Assembly: GCA_028023455.1 (NCBI GenBank)
Contig: JAQFVV010000003.1
Location: forward strand, 29,450,001 to 29,514,000
Length of the DNA: 64,000 nucleotides
Direction of reading: 5' to 3'
Source: Epiperipatus broadwayi
Taxonomy: Eukaryota > Animalia > Onychophora
Within the stretch, counting starts at the first letter, position 1, and each line of letters opens with the position of its first letter. The translations under genes were made by a program, and so were the position numbers. Below are positions 53,501 to 64,000 of this stretch, in pieces. Below the pieces are notes generated by a model. The model was not told where the DNA came from. It was given only the letters and a program-made list of their open reading frames with translations, and did not search any database.

Positions 53501-56115
53501 CTGAAATTGACTGCATGATATTGAACATCCTAGAAAAACTCATAAATAAAAAAATCGCAGAATTGAATTTAACTGTAGGCAATAACACAGGTGAATATAA
53601 TACCATATTCTCTGAAATACCAGAAATAATAGAAGGGCTTCAACAATGAATTAAGTTATCTCAAAACCAACCATTTCAATCAAAATCATACCCAATTCCA
53701 TATCAATATTAGGATGAAATAAATAAGAAGATCAATAAAATGATCAATTGGAAGGTAATCTCCAAATCTTCCTCACCATACTGCAATCCTATTATAGCAG
53801 TGAAGAAAAAAGATGGGTCGATGAGATTTTGTCTAGATGCCAGACAATTAAACAAAATAACTATTCCAGAGAGGAATATACCACCATTCATACATGAATT
53901 ATTCATGAAATTCAGTAATAAAGTATTTTCTACCTTTGATCTAACTTCAAGTTATTGGCAGATAGAATTATACCCAGAAGATTGCTAATATACTGCATTC
54001 CAATATGAAGGATTTACCTATCAATTTAATAAGATGCCATTTGGATTGATTAATAGTGGTGCTGATTTAATAAGATGTTTAGATAAAACCCTTTCGCTTG
54101 AGATTAAACAGTTAACAACTATCTATGTAGATAATGTTATCATAGCGACATCTATCATTAAAGACCATTTTCAACATTTAAAACTTTTTTTTCAAAAGTG
54201 CTCCAACAAAGGGATAAAAGTCAATTTCAAGAAGAGTACATCAGTATGCTCTGAGGTAGTCTTCTTAGGTAATATTGGTTGTAATGGGATATGGCCTCAT
54301 TCTGATAAGATTAGTGCAATATAGAATTTCCCTAAGTCTAAAAACAAAAAGCAAGTCAGATCGTTTCTGGGATTATGTAATTTTTATAACCATTTCTACC
54401 CAATATTCGCTAACGACATGAAACCGTTGTTGAAACTAATTAGAAAAGATGAATGATGGGACTGGACTAAAGAACAAGACAAAGTGTTTGCTAAAATTAA
54501 AACAGGATTTTTAGAGCAAGTTATGCTAGCTTTTTCTGATTTTGATAAACCTTTCATCATTCAAACTAATAGAGGATATGGATTGGGGGTAACCTTATGC
54601 CAAATCCAAGGGGATGGCCAATCAGGAGTTCCCTATTTCATTAGCCGTCTCTTAAAAGGTCCAGAAATAAATTTACATGATTACTGAAAAAGAAGCACTA
54701 GCTATAGTGTGGGCTTTCCCAAAATTTCAACAAATGTTTCTCGGATCGGAGGTGAGAGTAATCACTGATCACAATAGCCTCAAATTCTTTAATCACAGCT
54801 CCTTAACTAATAGTCGCCTTGTTAGATGGAGTTTGCTGCTACAAGAATTCAATTACACACTACAATACTGTAAAGGACTCTAAAACATTGTAGCCGATGT
54901 GCTAAGTCAAAATCCATGACAGCCATAACAATATCTAAGGGTTGACAAAACCTATATTTTAAATATTAATCTCCCGATTAATGAAAATGTAGAGAATGAT
55001 TTAATAAATATTCAGAACCTTCAAACCCAAGATAAAGATCTGTCTCCCATTATTGAAGCTTTAAAAAAAAAAGGAAATTATGTATAAAGCCAACAACTTA
55101 AATATTATCAGTTAAATAAACAGGTCTTAAAATACAAATTAAACAATGACAAAGATGAGTGGAGGATAATAGTACCTGAATTATAAAATGCCCACTCACA
55201 CAATATGTACATTGCTTATAATAGGCATTATGAAGTCCCAAAACTGAATGAATATTTAAAACTGATTTTACTGCCCTAGAATGTACAAAAATATCATGAA
55301 TAAAATCCAAGGTTGTCACATATGCTCAAGGATCAAGCCAGTAAACAAAAATTACATTAAGTTCAGTAAATACAATTATCTCAGAAAGACCAAACGAGAT
55401 CTTAGCAGTATACTTTTATGGTCCATTACCTCCATTCAACAAGCAAAAATACTTGTTAGTAGCCTATAATCTTTTCTCAAAATTTGTGTCAGCTTACCCA
55501 ATACCTCAAGCTAACATTAAGCATATGATCAAAGTATTAGATATACTCCATTTTAAAAAAGTAGGACAACCAAGGTACCCCTTTCCTATTCAAAGAATTG
55601 ATCAAAAAATTATCAAATAAAATGTGCTAACCTCTATTAGAAATTCACATTCAAACCCATGTGAATGCGTAACGCGAGAATTGGATGTTTGTTTTTAGGA
55701 CTTATTTAGAGACTAAGCATAAAGGTTGGGTAAAACATACAAAATACGTAATTAATTTCCTAAACTGGAATGTGGATTCGCACCCATCAGATTACAATTG
55801 GTTCAACATACGCCAATCATAGAACCACCCATAAATCTGGAAAACAATTGAATAAAAGTGTATCAAAAATTGATACAAATGAGCAAAAGATGAGCCAAAA
55901 ACAAAAAGAAATCCAAATACCAGTTTAAAATTGGAGACAAAGGATTTGTCAAAACCCTACATGTAAGCAATCCGAAGGAATCCATTTTCCACAAAGTCTG
56001 CAATCTGTATAAAAGCCCATTTACTATCACTAAATATGCCGGCCCAAATGCATATTGGTTAGATTGCGGGAATGGAAACCTAGGAATGTATAATGCAAGA
56101 ATACTAAAACCATAT
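50594..56115 (+). mobile_element. Degenerate Ty3/Gypsy internal region (gag-PR-RT-RH-IN), interrupted at the integrase C-terminus by solo LTR B
   Basis: Possible LTR end/PBS TGTTACA-TTTGGC at 50594-50606. gag SPIEHLKGL; PR LLDTS (~53172); RT KKDGSMRFCLDARQLN, MPFGL, YVDN (54124); RH TEKEALAIVW..ITDH; IN CHIC (~55310) and KSPF..GPNAY..YNARILKPY. Many stops. No matching 3' LTR found. Confidence 0.92.
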
Positions 56116-58084
56116 TGAACCGGGTGGGGAAGTAGATCGATTGGGAAACACTATCATGAACTTTTAACACTTTAATAAAAATCTAAACTTGTGAAGGCAA
56201 AATTATAAGACTTTTATACAAAAAAAATATGATAAAATTATTTATTAATTAGATCTACACCAATGCAATTTAAATATTGCTCCATACCGGACCCCTTAGG
56301 CAGAGAAGCATAATACTCAGAAGATACCCATGCCCAAGCCAAAGCTATATATAAAATATATAACTGTGATCATGTTTGAAGGACATAAATCTTCTCGGCT
56401 GCAGAATTCAACACCTATCAGTCAAAGCACTTTTTGTTGCAAAGTAAAACTTCAGGCGCCAGTTAATCACCCCAAAAGAGTAAATAATGCACTTTGAATG
56501 ATGGCAAACTAACTAAGCGCCTAAGAAATCCCCACTAGCTCAATCAAAAGAATAATATAATACATTACTGCTTTAATTAGTGGTAAAAGAATTGACCAAC
56601 AAAATATTAAGTTTTAAAAATAATTTATTTTAACTAAATACTTATTATTATAATTTTTAAACTACTTTTATAAATGCTCAATTAGTCTAACAATGACAAT
56701 TTATATAATAACCACACACACATTCTTAAGATCATACAATATAATATAACATAAAACTTCAAATAATACAAGGCATTTAAAACAAGCACATCAATAGTTC
56801 GTTTTATGCATGCTATAGAGTTCATTGGTTTTACTGATTCTGGAGGCTTCAGATTATAGCAATGGCTACATTAATATCAAAAATGGAATAAGAAAATGTT
56901 ATTCATTACCTAAAGGATTTTGGACGTTGACTTCTTGCTATTTGCTGCTTCATGTGAGTTTTTACCAACCGGTCGGATTTTAGGCTTCTGTGGAGTTTCC
57001 TATGATTGTTATTTCATGATACTATTACACAAGACAGTTAGATATCTCTGGCGGCTTCTAATTATTTGGCAGGCATAACTTTTATCGGGTAGGTTGCTAA
57101 TGTTCCATCGGATTGAGGCTGGAAACTGGCCGTATGCCTCCAATGACATGAAAAACACTGGCTCTGGATACGTGACAAGGCTGATTGTGAAACTGATTGT
57201 AAACTGATTGAATGATGAAAAACTGACCATTTATGTGATGACCTGTTGTCATTTTTTAAAATTAGTTTCTATATTCGCCAGCTACATCCCTTGTTGAAAT
57301 TTGTCCCCTGCTTTTGATTAAATTTTTTGATAAGATTTTAATTAATTAATTAATCCTGTTTTTAGTTAGTAGCCATTGCAAATCCCTGTTGTTTATGGAT
57401 TTTTACTTAGTAGCCATTGCTAATTCTGTTTTTATATAGCTTATGATTGTATACAATTCTTGAGGGAAATCCAATTATACGCTTTCATTTGTTTTTTAAT
57501 ATTTAACTTTCATATTCTATTTTATTAACACGCACACATTTTACTATATTTCTTTATATTTAAAATCAACTCGTTGTTTGCAATCTCATTTATTTTAAAT
57601 AAATGGGAAGAGATTTTTTTTTTAGTTTTAAGATTTCTTTCCTTTTTTTTCTTTAATAATTTAAACGAAAAGAGGGAGTACTTTTAATTTCATAAAAAAG
57701 ATTTATTTTTAAACTGCTATAGCTTTAACTTTTAATTACTTGAAATTCAACTACTTTTAACTTTTCTAAGTTAACTTCTGACCCCCTTCCAATTACTTTT
57801 TAATACATAAAATTATGAATTAATTGACTTTTAGTAAACTGTATTTTGTTTTAAACTAATAAAAAAAACCTCTTCAGACTTCTATAAATTTATTTATTTT
57901 CAAACTAGATGTTTTTCACTTTTTTAAATGAGATATTTTAATTCAGTTATTTACAGACAAATTATTCTGCAATAATTTTATTATTTATTAATTAATTTTA
58001 AAACCTTTGTGTAATTTATGAAATTTTTTACTTTTAATAATTGTAACTAACAATTTTTCATGGAACGCTATCATTAGCAGTACA
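56116..58084 (-). mobile_element. Solo LTR B (1969 bp), same family as LTR A, opposite orientation
   Basis: Termini TGAACC...AGTACA with ATAT at 56112-56115 and 58085-58088. Reverse-complement blocks such as GTGACAACAGGTCATCACATAAAT and TTACCACTAATTAAAGCA..TTTTGATTGAGCTAGT match LTR A. Confidence 0.85.
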
Positions 58085-59563
58085 ATATCAAGACAAATAT
58101 ATATATATACATGCTTATATACAGGTTCTAGAAAAAATCTAGAATCAATAACTTAATTTAATTTTAAATAAGTATATAGAATTAAAGATACTATTATCTT
58201 TAATCCAAATAAAATATGATTTCCGAAAGGAACAACAATAGCCATGAACATCATTACATAAGGATATATTTAATTACTTATATAACTTATATATATAAAA
58301 CAAACACATACCAAAACTCATAAATTAAATTAAACATTCAAAACTGACAATATTTATATTTATTTCTCTTTATTAACAATTTTGTTGTAAATGACTGTAC
58401 AACACATGCATTATAAAAATATAAGAATAAAGAAGACTAAATTCAAACCCAAACTATAAAAATTTAAAGAAAAGAAATAATAATTAAAAACCTTTATCAT
58501 TAATGCCTTATACATATATATGAATCTTAAAACATTACGTAAATAATCAACTCAATACATGAATTTAAACTCATGATTTAAAAGAATCAAATTAACACTA
58601 AAAAAAAAAAGAACCTCATTTTGGGTAATTGGAAAAAGATATGTTTTTTGAACAACATTTTTCTTAAAAAGGGAATCAAAAAAAAAAAAAGAAAAAAACC
58701 TTTGACTAATCAACATCCACTCTATAAAAGTTGTGATCGATCTTTGTGGTCGAATATAACGACCAACAACCATCAAAAACAATAAGGAAACTTTGAAAAA
58801 AAAAAAAAAATTAATTTGACTGACTGAGAATTTCAAACTAGAAAATCCAAATTCAAATATATAAGAATCCAATCATTTTCATAGCTCTAATTTTATAAGC
58901 ACCATGAAGAAGAAAAAAATGATTTACAATTTTTATAGCAGATAATAGTTTAATTTCTGGTATTCATCTGAATACCCCAGCAACCACTAAAATGTCTGAA
59001 TGAAGCATTTGTTCTATTAATTTTTTTTTAATTGATACTTAATATTTTTGAAAATAATTAATTTTATTTTTGAAATATTATTTTGTTTTCAATTTGTTAA
59101 TATATTACTATTTGTTTTAGAAGTAAATAAATAAATAAACTTAATTTTTTGTATTCATTTTTGAAAGCTATATAGATGACCTATGTCAGAGAAGTTACAA
59201 AATATAAATAAATGTGATGAAGTAAATATTTCTATGGATTGTTATTATAATAAAGAATAGAAATGAGAAGATAATATCCATTTAAATAGAGATAACCTTT
59301 ACCCTATGATATAACCAAGAAATTATCAATTCCTGCAGCCAAACCAGTTTTCTTATTGATCTATAATAGCTCTGTTGATGGTGTTTTTTGTTGAAATAAA
59401 AGGAGTACTTTTTTTATTTCAAACCTAAGTTCTTATATGGATTTAAACCCAGAGAGCTATTTTTTAGGGTTGAAGTAAAAGAATGTATTTCAACAAAAAA
59501 AAAAACTCCAACAAAAGAGCTGAGAAAACTGGTTTGACCTCATGAATTGTTAATTAGTATTAA

Positions 59564-60311
59564 CCCTTTTCCCGCCTCTTACGAGGCACCTCGTAGACAT
59601 CTGACATCACTCTAACTCTGCAAGTTTTTATACGAAAATATTCGTTCAATATGTTTTTAAATAGATTTTTAAAAGCTCTATAAGATGGTGCCCTCTTCTG
59701 AATTCTTTTACAAGTAAAAAATAAAAAAAAACTGCATTTAAAGCTAAACAAAGAAAGAAGCTTATTGGTGATTGGTTCTCAGCCAGTTCTCAGCCGACAA
59801 AGACATTCTGATTGGCTGGAAAAAACAAAGAAACCACCTGATCAAAGAAAATAAAGATAAACGCTGAGATTTTCATTTCGAATGTGATTTAAGTATTAAA
59901 AAAAGGATAATTTGACAAATTAAAAATAATTTTTAAAAAATAAACTAAAAAAACAAAATTATTTTCGAAAAATATCGAAGATTTTTGTAAAAATATTGAA
60001 GCTGTAGTAAAAAGAAATATTTACTTTTCTATAACGTAAAAGTCGATCTTTTTGTTTATATTATAGCTTTTATGTTGCCGAAATTGAATATTTTAGAATA
60101 AATAAATAGCAATTTATTTTTGAAAGAACTTTCGTTCTCTTCATAACCTGAAAAATTAATAATATACTTTTTATAAACGTATCTGAGTTGAATTTAATAT
60201 TATAGGCGAATATGTTTTAACAATAGGCTTTGTCTTCAGTTTGTGAGTTGGCCAATTAAAAGATTTGATTTTTATCTCATACAACCAATAATAAAATTAG
60301 CGGTTAAAAGG
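59564..60311. mobile_element. piggyBac-type MITE (748 bp)
   Basis: TTAA on both sides (59560-59563, 60312-60315). TIRs CCCTTTTCCCGC versus CCTTTTAACCGC (9/12). Subterminal palindrome TACGAGG-CA-CCTCGTA. No ORF. Confidence 0.6.
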
Positions 60312-60432
60312 TTAATTGATAATTTATTGATTACATCAAGGTTAAAGATTATCTTTATTTACATGGATATTATTTCCTCATTTATATTCTTTATTATATA
60401 AGTATACATATGCATATAATCATTTTTATTAC

Positions 60433-60484
60433 CATCAAGACCTTCCAAAGCTATTTCCTCAATGCATTGCTTGAGAAAATCCAT
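60433..60484 (-). CDS. GTF3C1: GTF3C1 (TFIIIC subunit 1) first coding exon, MDFLKQCIEEIALEGLD(G)
   Basis: Translation matches the recalled GTF3C1 N-terminus (human MDALESLLDEVALEGLDG). Acceptor tttgcag precedes 60489, ATG is at 60484, and a GTAATA donor follows 60433. Ends in phase 1. Confidence 0.9.
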
Positions 60485-61285
60485 CTTATCTGCAAAAACA
60501 AATAATCACATTGATTTCATAAAATTAGCATTAAAAAGTAAATGATTATAAAAATTAAAATGGACATACAGATTACATGGGCAAGAATCTGTTGCTTAAA
60601 GTTTAGACCTAAAAAAAAAAAAAAAATACATGTTAAAATTTAACAAGTAAATCAAAAAGCTAATAATTTGGTATTGCAAAGATGAATAAGTCATATAAAA
60701 AAATGTTTCAAAAATAAGTTTATCTTTTTTATGTATATATGTGAGTTCTATGTAAACAATAATCCTGTAAATTATATGGTGCCCTAAGTAATATTGTGTC
60801 AACTTATAAAATAATTTCATATTTCAAAAATAAAATATATCATGCAGAATATAAATTTCAAACTCTAGTACAGCTAATAAAACCAGCAGTATTGTCTTAG
60901 CTAAATGTATATGTTATGAGAGTGTTGACAGATTATATTATGATAGTATTTGGTAAAATATATTACACTTTAAATTTAGCATTTTAGAGAATAGTAACAG
61001 TATTTAATCATTTTGATTTTATAAGCAAAGGAAAAATTAATATTACATAAGAAATATGGATATCTGATAGATTTTCACAAGAGTAATGAAAATATGTAAA
61101 AATATTACAAAAATTGCAAGAGTAAATAATATTTTTGGAGAACTGCTTAAAGCATAAAGTTCTCCCTAACTGCTACCATATAAATCTCAACAAATCAATA
61201 CAATAAAGCAATAAGGCTATTATATATGCAGTTATTAAAATACATATATATAAATTTATTTAATGCACATTGATTACATAAGTAA

Positions 61286-61407
61286 TATTTACTAAGGCAA
61301 TAAACCTCAAAAGAGTGTGCGCTTGAAAATGTGAAGGTAGGGACCTCTACAGGTCTTAACCACAATTTTCAAGCGCACACTCTTGAGGTTTATTGCCTTA
61401 GTAAATA
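61286..61407. mobile_element. 122-bp hairpin MITE-like element, same family as 15361-15478
   Basis: 43-bp arms are perfectly complementary apart from a 2-nt insertion. The loop contains GTAGGGACCTCTACA. Confidence 0.85.
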
Positions 61408-61904
61408 ATACACATATATGTATTTGCAATGTGATAAACTAATAGATATGTAAAATTCCTTATCATTCTGATATTCAAAAATGATAAAAAAAAAAAATAT
61501 TGATTATAAATACCACAAAAATATATATCATAATCAATATACAATATCTTTACTTAATTAGCACATTATAAGAAAGATTTACAAGTAATGCTAAATATAT
61601 TGTTTTGTTTCTTATTATCCAGCAATTGACAAGTTTACTGAATAACAATTTTTTCTTCATTGTTCTTTTAGAAAAGAAAGGGAGGAGATAATTGTTGGAG
61701 AGTATTTTGCCATAAAATGGGATGTTTAAAGACTCTTTTAAACTATATGGTATTGTATTTAAACTTTGCCTGAAAGTTTGTGATAATGGCATTTATTTGT
61801 AGTTATAGATTGAATTTTTATAAATTTGCTTAATTGCTAAATGCTTTTTAAATAATTCTAACTTTATTTATACTTTTTTAAATACATTCAATTGTCAGTA
61901 ATAA

Positions 61905-62800
61905 TAGAGGTTATTATAAACATATTTTTTTCACTTCTTCTTCAGGTGATGATAGCCTGAACAGTAACAGTATTAGCATGGAAATTGATTCAGAAATCTT
62001 TAGAGTAATGTATATTGAATTTAAAGGGGTGCTATAACCTACTAAACTATTTTATCAAAGGCAGATTTATATACTTGTCTATGAAAGTCCTCCTAATTTT
62101 TCCATTTATTCTTTTTAAGGGCAAGATTAGCGAGTGGTTTCCAAATATTAAGAATTATCACATTAGGTTGACTTGTGAAGTTACTGGCCACTGTCATGTG
62201 GAGTCCTTTAAAATTTTTTCTTTTTACTTTTCCTTTCTACCAAATATTCTTGTGTTTTCCCAAAAAATTTGTTTATTGGTGCATGCATGGCTTCTAATTT
62301 AGACATCTATTTTTTTTTCCTTTTCTAATCATTACTTTGTATATGTCCTGCATGGTTTGGTAGTGGTAGAGTTTAAGGTGTTCACATTGATATCAGTTTT
62401 GTCATTTCCAACAATCAATCTCCTATGAACTTCTGAGCATTAAAGCCATTTGATTTTTATTATTATTACTTTGCATTTTTTTTGTTCTTTGAAGTGATAG
62501 CTAGTTTCATTAATATAAGTTTGTTCACATTAAACAGTATTTCACATTTCCAGCATTTCAAATTTATTATTTGTAGAGAGTAGGATTTCTCGCAGTGAAC
62601 TATGGTTTTGGAAAACTGCAATGGTATTATATTAATTGCAGATTTTCTTTAGTTTGCTTAGTATAGTATAATGCTATGTCCAGGCATGAAATCTACCAAG
62701 GTCCAAAATGGCTTCTGGTGGGAGATCATAAACTGGACAAGCACCACCATTAATTTTAACATGGTACTAGGTTAGTGAGAGAGCCCTAAATGATTTAATG
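61905..62800 (-). mobile_element. Penelope-like element remnant: GIY-YIG endonuclease region plus 3' tail with degenerate hammerhead core
   Basis: Minus-strand LSKLKKICN.YN.IAVFQNHSSLREIL...CEQTYINETS (62503-62529) resembles PLE ..C...YIGET. CTGAAGA at 61945-61939 is followed by ..TAACCT. Confidence 0.65.
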
Positions 62801-63299
62801 GAACACATATAGAGTATAAATACAATATCGGATATATATCACAGAACATTCTCGTTCAAATGTTACTCAGAATTATTTTCAAGCAGACTCCTTTTATCAG
62901 AGTGAACTAATGGGCAATGATAAATGAAAAGTAAAATTGTATTTTCAAATTTTGTAAAATGATTCATTTTGAATCTGCTTGAAAATAATTCTGAATAATG
63001 TATTTGAACAAAAATGTTCTGTGATATGATTATAATTCTAAATGTTACATATTTAACCAATATTAAAGTTATTTACACTCTATTGAGATTAGTAATATTT
63101 GATATAAACACAACAGTAAATTATGAGAGCTTATCAAATTTAGGCATGTACGAATGCATTAAAACAAACCATAATCAATAATTACAATTAAACATCTCTA
63201 GCATAATTATTTTTACAATAAGCCATAATATATTTCTATATATATATTACATATCATAGCTGCAGACACTATCTATGGATATACATCAGTATCTCATTT

Positions 63300-63560
63300 G
63301 TTTTTAATTCGATTTTTTACTATTTAAGGTTTTCTTATTAATAGCTTCTTCAGAGTTTGTTCTATGTTGAACTTTTTTTATTATAAGTCACTGACTTTTA
63401 AACAAACTGTTTATTATGATCGGATGTATATGCTAAATATTTTCGATTGTGTGTGAGTTTTATGCAACCGGCAGTAAATCAGGGCTCTCATAAATAAATA
63501 AAATGTCTACTGCCTTTGACAACATAACCTGATTGGTTAGAGCTTCGTTTAAATTCAGTA
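63300..63560 (-). promoter_or_regulatory. Candidate GTF3C1 promoter or 5' region
   Basis: Local retention of CpGs and a CCAAT box (CTGATTGGTTAG at ~63530) upstream of the first coding exon. Circumstantial only. Confidence 0.25.
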
Positions 63561-63565
63561 TTTAT

Positions 63566-64000
63566 TGATGTGATGTATTGTGGCTTCTCCTTAAACGAAG
63601 TCAAGAATATCTCACCAATTATGCCCAGATAAACCTGTTAGCTACTTTATTTTCCATTCCCCACTCTAAATTTTCCCATATTCTGCTCCATCCCATTTCC
63701 ACAACATAATCTTTGTCAACTCTATAGCCTTTGCCTTTATATCTAAATCCCTCTTATCTTTTCCCAAACCCAGCATAAAAATCAATAATTCACTTTCTGT
63801 ATAATCATTTTTTTCATATTTATTCTTCCGTAACTTCATTATATGTACCCTTTCTGTTTTCAAGCATCTCAACAAATGCCTAATATTTTCTATTCCTTCC
63901 TTACATAATTTACAAAATAAATCACCCATATTTTTCCATTTATATGTATATTCTCTTGTAGCTAAAGATCCCGTTCGAGCCTTAAACAATAAACTACTTT
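63566..64000 (-). mobile_element. 3' end of a second copy of the CCHC-bearing LINE seen at 16656-19030; runs off the window
   Basis: GSLATREYTYKWKNMGDLFCKLCKEGIENIRHLL, the same 3' UTR, and the same CATCA tail position. Confidence 0.92.

Noticed and set aside
56116-58084. Initial reading as the 3' LTR of the adjacent Gypsy
   Set aside because: It has its own ATAT TSD, no upstream polypurine tract, no matching 5' copy, and the integrase frame resumes after it.
1572-63989. Most ORFs in the supplied track as host genes
   Set aside because: They are TE fragments, antisense shadows of TE frames, or low-complexity AT-rich frames. Only 11257-11439 contains a real exon.

Overview
This is strongly AT-rich eukaryotic DNA, probably from an arthropod. 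Almost the whole window lies inside one minus-strand gene, GTF3C1 (largest, B-box-binding subunit of TFIIIC). Four coding exons can be read (60433-60484, 41182-41390, 27410-27564, 11261-11386; about 180 aa, GT-AG, phases consistent), separated by 13-19 kb introns. The introns are filled with dead mobile elements: several RTE-clade LINEs (one Expander/Rex3-like), I/Ingi-group and CCHC-bearing LINE remnants, a degenerate Ty3/Gypsy element and a second gag remnant, two inverted solo LTRs with ATAT TSDs, a piggyBac-type MITE, hairpin MITEs, a Helitron-like element with tandem arrays, and a tRNA-Gly retrocopy. The most notable signal is three distinct repeat families carrying type I hammerhead-ribozyme folds (Penelope-like or retrozyme-like). 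One is a non-coding tandem-plus-inverted array with a 423-nt cleavage-to-cleavage monomer at 39.2-40.0 kb. All identities and clade calls were made by eye; no searches were run.
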